Translations under genes and position numbers: made by a program
The notes under the pieces: generated by a model
What the model saw: the letters and a program-made list of their open reading frames with translations, nothing else
Databases searched by the model: none
What the model was told of the DNA's origin: nothing
Part shown: piece by piece, positions 46,801-49,945 of the stretch
How positions within the stretch are numbered: position 1 is the stretch's first letter
Layout of the letters: every line of letters starts with the position of its first letter
NCBI RefSeq assembly: GCF_001194135.2
Contig: NC_068981.1
Span: forward strand, 154,000,179-154,050,123
Reading direction: 5' to 3'
DNA length: 49,945 bases
DNA from: Octopus bimaculoides
Taxonomy: Eukaryota

Positions 46801-48155
46801 TGTCTCACTAACAGCTATTAGAGCTTACAATAGATCATCACCATTCACTTGGTCATAACTACTATTACTCAGGTGGTATCATATCAAGAGATAAGGATTT
46901 TTATAAGAGGTCTATGTAAAAAAAAAGCATTGTACTTATTTGTGTGTGCATACTCACATTATCATCATTTAATGTCTGTTTTTCATATTGGCATGGGTTT
47001 GACAGGAGCAGGCCAACTGAAGAACTGCCAAAGATTTATTTGTCTATTTGGCATGGTTTCTATAGCCCTTCCTAACATCAACCACTTTACAGAGTGTGCT
47101 GGGTGCTTTTCATGTGGCACTGGCAAAAGTGCTGTTACACGGCATGAGCAAAAGCTCTGTCTACATGGCCCTGACATGAGTGGTTCTTACATGGTGCTGG
47201 CACATAAAAAGCACATAATGAAAAATATCTCACTCCTTGATATCCCCAATCACCTTTGTGAAATTTTATCTTCCTCCATTGCAAGTTTCTTCCACTTAGA
47301 CCACTTGACTCTTCTTTATCAAACTGTCATCCTCCATACAATCACACGTCCATAGCAGCTGAGTCTTCTCTCTTTTATACTACATACGATTCCTCTTATA
47401 TCCAGTTTTTCTCTCAGCTCATTTGTACCCTGCTACATCCAATGGAACATGCTTGCTTCATTTCTTTCCAGCCTTCAAACATCTGCATTCAAAGCCCACT
47501 TTTCACTACAAAACAACATTACAGTTCATACACATGCATTATCAGTTTGCCTCTCACAAGGAAAGAATCTCTTTGTTGCCAACAGGGGTAACAGCTCCTC
47601 AATCTCTCTCAAATTCAGTCTTACTCTGGCTACTATGTTTCTGCAACAGTCACCTTCACTGCTAATTCAGTTGCTTAGGTAACAAAAGCCATCAGCTACT
47701 TTGAGGGAACCTACCAAGCAGTTGAAAGAATGTTTTTCATGCACTACACACTTGCATTTCATTTGATCCTCCTTAACCATTTAGCATTTAAACCAGCCAT
47801 ATCTGAACAATATTTTCTACCTCTTTTATGTACAAATTGGCTAGATCTAGCCTCTCACACCTACCCTACAATGTCATTCTAAAATAAACAATCCATCATT
47901 GAAATCTCGAAGCTACAAGATAATGCAGGATTAATTCAAAACAATGTGAATAAATAAGCATTACATATGAAAGAATAATTTGAATGCTAAAGGGTTAAAC
48001 ATCTTTTCTCTTTCCTAATACTGTCAGAGCATGATATATGAAGCATTCTTATTTCGAACATGTGAAAATTTATGTAAGAAATTCCATTCAATACTTACTT
48101 GGTATGCAGAACATAATTTAGAAGAATAAAGGCCTTCTGGATGACGATCAAGAAT
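13994..48155 (-). CDS. TDRD5: Tudor domain-containing protein 5 (LOTUS + Tudor, piRNA/nuage), 20 coding exons, 983 aa in window, 5'-incomplete
   Basis: Exons (5'->3'): 48155-48099, 46523-46361, 42690-42605, 41669-41467, 40051-39904, 39356-39295, 39204-39135, 38452-38372, 37735-37610, 35165-35028, 32046-31885, 30019-29793, 28082-27968, 27067-26988, 25382-25314, 24616-24514, 21967-21648, 21122-20977, 18637-18519, 14470-13994. All are GT-AG and the phases chain without a stop (2952 nt). A LOTUS domain followed by a single extended Tudor (WHRV...VYFVDYGN...LPMQAI...KPLIALV...VCLTDTS) is the TDRD5 architecture; TDRD7 has three Tudors. Confidence 0.9.
15400..15620 (+). mobile_element. CR1/jockey-group LINE ORF2 C-terminal fragment
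   Basis: YIQKKSTWLIG...LTDTL*TLAHRYAVSSHCLFYCY...CFSELAGL. Confidence 0.65.
15627..15790 (+). mobile_element. SINE family B 3' part, young-looking copy
   Basis: gtgtgtttacgtccccgtaacttagcggttcggcaaaagag...aaatgactgaaacaagtaaa; similar to 26700-26878. Confidence 0.8.
15840..16180 (-). mobile_element. Decayed RTE 3' end
   Basis: Family tail plus residual C-terminal coding similarity. Confidence 0.55.
16380..16590 (-). repeat. Dispersed repeat family D (unclassified)
   Basis: ggtcagccctgatcaag...ttccagttatgaccat...tggctgctattt shared with 1347-1402, 19186-19370, 26270-26480, 28110-28302. Confidence 0.65.
16741..16948 (-). mobile_element. tRNA-SINE family A, near full length
   Basis: Reverse: aaggcagcaagctggcagaatcattag...gagttcaaattcc (B box)...gtcgacttcacctttcattctttcagggtcgataaattaagtaccag (Meta-domain-like). 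Confidence 0.85.
17369..17568 (+). mobile_element. piggyBac-like MITE
   Basis: TTAA-ccctttag ... aaaagg-TTAA. Confidence 0.82.
17690..17972 (-). mobile_element. SINE family A with internal tandem expansion
   Basis: gatttgaactcagaac head end; ~25-bp core segment repeated about 4 times. Confidence 0.6.
18101..18289. mobile_element. pogo/Tigger-like MITE
   Basis: TA-flanked imperfect ~27-bp TIRs CTGTATTCGATGGCTTATAAGATGCAC / CAGTATTTGATGGCATGAAAGATGCAC. Confidence 0.8.
18519..18637 (-). CDS. TDRD5: TDRD5 S/P-rich exon (GRSHSPYHQ...SRSPSSSP)
   Basis: tttgcag acceptor, gtaaac donor, phase 1/0; read in a different frame from the ORF-track call. Confidence 0.85.
18655..18995 (-). mobile_element. 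Two degenerate SINE family A copies (~18655-18765, ~18860-18995)
   Basis: ggcacagggcc...tggtacttatttttatcaaccc and gatgaaaggaaaggtcaacttcggc. Confidence 0.55.
19186..19370 (+). repeat. Dispersed repeat family D
   Basis: ttgttgttg...ggtcagccctgatcaag...ggaaatttggcagctatt. Confidence 0.65.
20351..20578 (+). mobile_element. piggyBac-like MITE
   Basis: TTAAccctttagcatttaaac start; internal match to other copies. Confidence 0.8.
20859..20868. other. Assembly gap (10 N) inside a poly-A run
   Basis: N run. Confidence 1.
20977..21122 (-). CDS. TDRD5: TDRD5 coiled-coil exon (RQRILNRLMKD...VKELEDVEDKLQKLNELL...DPP)
   Basis: ttttcag acceptor, gtaact donor, phase 2/1. Confidence 0.87.
21299..21380. 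repeat. (TA)n microsatellite, ~40 units
   Basis: Seen directly. Confidence 0.97.
21648..21967 (-). CDS. TDRD5: TDRD5 S/P-rich exon (NNSARSS...IFHKQ)
   Basis: ttgtag acceptor, gtaaac donor, phase 0/2. Confidence 0.85.
22313..23840 (+). mobile_element. Tc1/mariner DNA transposon (DD36E), defective transposase 22488-~23788
   Basis: TIRs CAGGGTTTGGACAAAATAATGG / CAGGGGTTGGACAAAAGAATGG; TA on the left, CA on the right; paired-like HTH, GRKPKL, VIFSDES, FQDDNAPIH, WPPQSPDLNIIE; stop/frameshift at ~23144 and stop at 23354-23356. Confidence 0.95.
23382..23641. other. Assembly gap (260 N) between poly-C runs
   Basis: N run. Confidence 1.
24514..24616 (-). CDS. TDRD5: TDRD5 C-terminal domain exon 4 (VPLVLETFCHPSAEL...DNFWK)
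   Basis: tctttcag acceptor, gtaggt donor, phase 2/0. Confidence 0.85.
25314..25382 (-). CDS. TDRD5: TDRD5 C-terminal domain exon 3 (INFSGLKSGDDHKDWLTLFRLE)
   Basis: cttttag acceptor, gtaagt donor, phase 2/2. Confidence 0.85.
25595..25715 (+). mobile_element. SINE family B tRNA-like head, degenerate
   Basis: ttcccaaccacatggttctggattcagtcccactgcacagcactttgggcaagt. Confidence 0.6.
25750..26243 (-). mobile_element. Probable Ty3/gypsy remnant: LTR, PBS, leader and start of Q-rich gag
   Basis: TGTTG...CAACA ~185-bp segment; TGGTGACAAGGAT PBS-like; ATG then (frameshifted) NLLAGLLELQKQQQQQIQLQEQQQ*. Confidence 0.5.
25905..26040. repeat. Minisatellite, ~39-bp unit made of two ~19-20-bp halves, about 3.5 copies
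   Basis: ttattaattcctcatgagttgtttaaatccttgttgagt-like units. Confidence 0.8.
26577..26878 (+). mobile_element. SINE family B with tRNA-like head and internal (GT)n
   Basis: ggcatggctgtatggtaagaag A-box-like head; 3' part matches 15627-15790. Confidence 0.78.
26988..27067 (-). CDS. TDRD5: TDRD5 C-terminal domain exon 2 (LRRVNLGISKVIICQEDYEELFKELE)
   Basis: tttccag acceptor, gtgagt donor, phase 0/2. Confidence 0.85.
27440..27730 (+). mobile_element. Decayed RTE-like LINE C-terminal fragment (second lineage)
   Basis: LSWLGHV...RQRCKGHPKMNW; ends ctaagtaagt. Confidence 0.6.
27968..28082 (-). CDS. TDRD5: TDRD5 C-terminal domain exon 1 (IELTPEIAIHLFNFNG...IIRTM)
   Basis: ttttag acceptor, gtattt donor, phase 2/0. 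Confidence 0.85.
28110..28302 (+). repeat. Dispersed repeat family D
   Basis: aaggcattccaaccataaccat...ttgactgctatttctagc...tagaggctcc. Confidence 0.65.
28600..29060 (+). mobile_element. RTE-family 3'-end copy with pyrimidine-rich upstream part
   Basis: aagaagggcatctagtcatagaaacc...catgccagcttgaaaaatagacgttaaatgatgatgatg; similar to 32560-33040. Confidence 0.7.
29793..30019 (-). CDS. TDRD5: TDRD5 linker exon (PSRTESDNK...KPFVQ)
   Basis: ctttcag acceptor, gtaaat donor, phase 0/2. Confidence 0.85.
30273..30482 (+). mobile_element. tRNA-SINE family A
   Basis: gagttcaactt B-box-like; gtcgattttgcttttcatcctttcagggtcaataaaataagcac core. Confidence 0.82.
31025..31230 (-). mobile_element. RTE 3'-end copy
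   Basis: catcatttaacatctgttttccatactggcatgggttagacgg...gcccttcctaactccaaccact. Confidence 0.75.
31885..32046 (-). CDS. TDRD5: TDRD5 linker exon (NCPKPEISG...TSNCK)
   Basis: tttcag acceptor, gtaaat donor, 162 nt open, phase 0/0. Confidence 0.75.
32560..33040 (+). mobile_element. RTE-family 3'-end copy
   Basis: ttaggaagggcatccagctgtagaaaac...catactagcatggaaagcagacattaaataatga. Confidence 0.72.
35028..35165 (-). CDS. TDRD5: TDRD5 linker exon (RCSLPEG...YLQSLVAL)
   Basis: ttttag acceptor, gtgagt donor, 138 nt open, phase 0/0. Confidence 0.78.
36110..36470 (-). mobile_element. Decayed RTE RT/Cys-insert fragment
   Basis: IDKWLVR..., GKWHCLTCRKGVGRNSV*CTQCKLWTHK. Confidence 0.7.
36621..36882 (-). 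mobile_element. tRNA-SINE family C
   Basis: Reverse: A box TGGCTTAGTGG, B box GTTTCGACTCC, then ttcttgagcaaaacacttcattt core. Confidence 0.8.
36905..37045 (-). mobile_element. SINE family B head, degenerate
   Basis: Reverse ggttcagtcccactttgtagtactttgggtgagtggtttctact. Confidence 0.6.
37610..37735 (-). CDS. TDRD5: TDRD5 exon (DRIMSVCLTDTS...IHINDVLV...DTD)
   Basis: end of eTudor; phase 0/0; gtaagg donor. Confidence 0.92.
38372..38452 (-). CDS. TDRD5: TDRD5 exon (EWSTKARNRMLSLCFNKPLIALVTQVK)
   Basis: eTudor SN-like part; phase 0/0. Confidence 0.92.
38622..38811 (-). mobile_element. piggyBac-like MITE (reverse orientation)
   Basis: TTAAccctttagcattcagattactc = reverse complement of the right end of 47773-47998. 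Confidence 0.82.
39010..39100 (-). mobile_element. Short CR1-type 3' fragment
   Basis: Similar to 5752-5842 (atgcttcagcaa.tct.agtgtgaaaaa.atgtttccaaaagtcatggg). Confidence 0.75.
39135..39204 (-). CDS. TDRD5: TDRD5 exon (NHFLSLPMQAIEGRLANVKPIND)
   Basis: LPxQAI motif; follows a 90-nt intron; phase 2/0. Confidence 0.93.
39295..39356 (-). CDS. TDRD5: TDRD5 Tudor exon (VYFVDYGNTCTVSRNSLRLL)
   Basis: FVDYGN motif; phase 0/2. Confidence 0.95.
39904..40051 (-). CDS. TDRD5: TDRD5 Tudor exon (LLYYSS...AAIYPEDQNWHRVYV...FVE)
   Basis: Tudor core; phase 2/0; gtaagt donor. Confidence 0.93.
41213..41427 (-). mobile_element. piggyBac-like MITE (reverse orientation)
   Basis: tcaaccctttag ... ctaaagggTTAA. 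Confidence 0.82.
41467..41669 (-). CDS. TDRD5: TDRD5 exon, start of extended Tudor (NPPQ...EVFVSNIENPGHFWLKFRG...LMDEL)
   Basis: V.VS.I.NPGHFW motif; phase 0/2. Confidence 0.93.
42605..42690 (-). CDS. TDRD5: TDRD5 linker exon (TCLTIK...KHSV)
   Basis: phase 1/0 fits both neighbours. Confidence 0.8.
43788..43860. repeat. Compound (GT)n(TA)n(CA)n microsatellite
   Basis: Seen directly. Confidence 0.9.
44365..44975 (+). mobile_element. 5'-truncated RTE LINE: ORF2 end (...HEKTRQAK*) and full 3' UTR
   Basis: GC-rich island in AT-rich intron; (GAT)n tail; matches 1-335 and 49830-49945. Confidence 0.88.
46361..46523 (-). CDS. TDRD5: TDRD5 exon, LOTUS C-half (KHHGSELDYRDMGFLSVIDLVSKL...WILYD...)
   Basis: poly-T cag acceptor, gtaagt donor, phase 0/1; OST-HTH-type Y..G..L....GF.S..DL pattern. 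Confidence 0.92.
46955..47760 (-). mobile_element. Decayed RTE LINE C-terminus plus 3' tail
   Basis: RVRLNLREIEELLPLLATK, RLERNEASMFHWM, LREKLDIRG...ERRLSCYG; tail at 46955-47220. Confidence 0.75.
47773..47998 (+). mobile_element. piggyBac-like MITE, ~226 bp
   Basis: TTAAccatttagcatt ... aatgctaaagggTTAA: TTAA TSD and CCC/TTTAGCA TIR. Confidence 0.88.
48099..48155 (-). CDS. TDRD5: TDRD5 exon, LOTUS N-half (ILDRHPEGLYSSKLCSAYQ)
   Basis: tctttcag acceptor, gtaagt donor, phase 0/0. Confidence 0.9.
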
Positions 48156-48750
48156 CTGAAAGACAAGCAACAATTATTAAACACAGAAAATCTTCCAAAT
48201 TCTATAAAGAAAAATATTTTGGCATCCTATGGAAAACAAAGTCAAATCCCAAAAGCTTATTACAAGGTTTATTGATTGTTTGGGTACCAAGTATCCATTG
48301 ACTGGATACCAAATGTCCACTGTCTGGATATCAAATTTCAATTGCCTGAATATCAAATATGCATTATCTAATTGCAAAATATTTATTATTCAAATAAATG
48401 TCCATTATCTAGTTGCTAAATAAATATCCATCAACATCCTCGTAAAATATATTCCAGTGTATATTACATATACTGAAATCAATTATGTCTCCCACTGTAG
48501 GTTTATAATTGTATAATTCTTTTTCTTTAATAACAGGAAACAGTTATCAACAGGAAGGGCATCCACTTGTACAACAATGCCTCAATTATGTATTCATTCA
48601 ACTCATACTAGCATGGAAAAACAGACATAAAAACAAACAAATAGATATCTATAACAATAATGGGTTCTTTGAATTAAATGTAAACTAATTTAAAGTGAAA
48701 CACTAAAATCCAAGGAATCTAATGATGCTCTACATCAACATATTTTAAAT

Positions 48751-49074
48751 CAGAGGTTTTCAAATATTTTTGGACTGTCCCCCACCCCTGGCACCCAAGA
48801 CACATACCTAGTCCACCCACCCCCGCCTTCCACCACCACAAACATAGACCACTTTTTGCAGCAAATTCAAAACAACTGCATTTCACAAATAAGACTTAAC
48901 CTAATTAACCCATTATTTTATTGTGTTTACTTCCATCAAAGCTTAACCTAACTAACCTAATTAACACATTATTTTGTTGTGTTTACTTCCATTAACACTC
49001 CACTTTTCTTCAACACACCCTGGATCTTTCCACCACCCCCAGGGGAGCAAAGCCACCCACTCTGGGAACCACTG
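48751..49074. mobile_element. hAT (Charlie-like) MITE
   Basis: TIRs CAGAGGTTTTCA / CAGTGGTTCCCA; 8-bp TSD ttttaaat / atttaaat (7/8); internal ~45-bp duplication with taacct repeats. Confidence 0.78.
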
Positions 49075-49388
49075 ATTTAAATACTAACAGTTCATAAAAT
49101 ATCATAAGTGTTTTGATTGTAAGGAACAAGTGCAAAGTCAGGCAGAACTTTTCCTTAAAAGTGCATATATGGAGATAAAGAGCTCTGATATGTTTCTTTC
49201 TCATAGGCAGACTAACTTATTCTACTGTGTGAACCATGTAATAATCTATTGTTCTAATTCATATACTTCCTTTTTGACTTTTTTACCATGGTCTCATCTC
49301 CATAAAGAAATTATTTTTTAAATGTTGAGGATTACTATAAGAAAAATATAGCACTGATGGCAGAAAACTCAACAAACATCAGAAAAAA

Positions 49389-49660
49389 TACAGTTCTATG
49401 TTTAAGAGATGAGGAATTATGTACATTATTTACATTTGATGGATATTTGTCCTCATGTTGTTTGTTATTAACACAACGTTTAAGCTGATATACCCTCCAG
49501 CCTTCATCAGGTGTTTTAGAGAAATTTTGAATCTGGGTTCTCATTCCTAAGATATTTTTCAATGTAATTATTATTATTATTATTCAGGTCACAGCCTGGA
49601 ATCGAACTTGGAATCTTGGGGTTAGTAGCCCATGCTCTACTATACCATATGCCCGTGGGC
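49389..49660 (-). mobile_element. tRNA-headed SINE with (AAT)n spacer and Penelope-like tail
   Basis: B box GTTCGATTCC (49598-49607), A-box-like TGGTATAGT, (AAT)n 49566-49584, hammerhead-like motif in tail. Confidence 0.75.
49470..49515 (-). ncRNA. Minimal type I hammerhead ribozyme motif, probably inactivated (G12 reads U)
   Basis: AACAC CUGAUGA A GGCUG-gagggtatat-CAGCU UAAA CG UU GUGUU: stem I AACAC/GUGUU, stem II GGCUG/CAGCU, palindromic ACGU stem III. Confidence 0.6.
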
Positions 49661-49674
49661 ATATGGCATAGTGT

Positions 49675-49800
49675 ACTGAGTGCTTTCAGGTATTAGGAAG
49701 GGCATCCAGCTGTAAAAACCAGGCCAAAGCAGACGATAGAGCTTGGCACAGTCCTCTGGCTTACCAGCTCCTGTTAATCTGTTCCAAAACGACGACGACG
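49675..49800 (+). mobile_element. RTE 3'-end copy
   Basis: tattaggaagggcatccagctgtaaaaacc. Confidence 0.65.
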
Positions 49801-49829
49801 ATACGTACAGACAGACATATATATATATA

Positions 49830-49945
49830 TACCGCCTGACTGGCCTTTGTAGGGTTTTCGAGCGAGATCGTTGCCAGTGCCCCTGGACTGGCTCTTCTGC
49901 GGGTGGCACATAAAAGACACCATTTCGAGCGTGGCCGTTTTCGTG
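49830..49945 (+). mobile_element. RTE 3'-UTR copy, cut by the window end
   Basis: Closely similar to 40-155. Confidence 0.85.

Noticed and set aside
1-49945. The window begins and ends in near-identical sequence (40-155 vs 49830-49945), suggesting a circle, LTR pair or segmental duplication
   Set aside because: Both are copies of a high-copy RTE 3' UTR, a third copy lies at 44660, they show several mismatches, and the adjacent unique sequence does not match.

Overview
AT-rich eukaryotic genomic DNA, most likely an octopus; this is inferred from the repeat families and not confirmed by any search. Two convergent multi-exon genes were reconstructed by hand, with GT-AG splice sites and consistent intron phases. 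(1) The last four coding exons of mitoguardin (MIGA/FAM73) lie on + at 473-3814. (2) Twenty coding exons of a TDRD5-like piRNA-pathway gene lie on - at 48155 to 13994, giving 983 aa in the window; the 5' end lies beyond the window. Its order is LOTUS, one extended Tudor, linker, an unrecognised ~140-aa globular domain, a coiled coil and an S/P-rich tail. The rest is introns and intergenic DNA full of RTE and CR1-type LINE fragments (one nested), several tRNA-derived SINE families, piggyBac-, hAT- and pogo-like MITEs, a DD36E Tc1/mariner copy, a gypsy-like remnant and microsatellites. The best leads are a tRNA-headed SINE carrying a Penelope-type minimal hammerhead ribozyme motif (49389-49673) and the extra C-terminal domain of TDRD5 (24514-28082). 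Repeat boundaries are approximate and family names come from recalled motifs.
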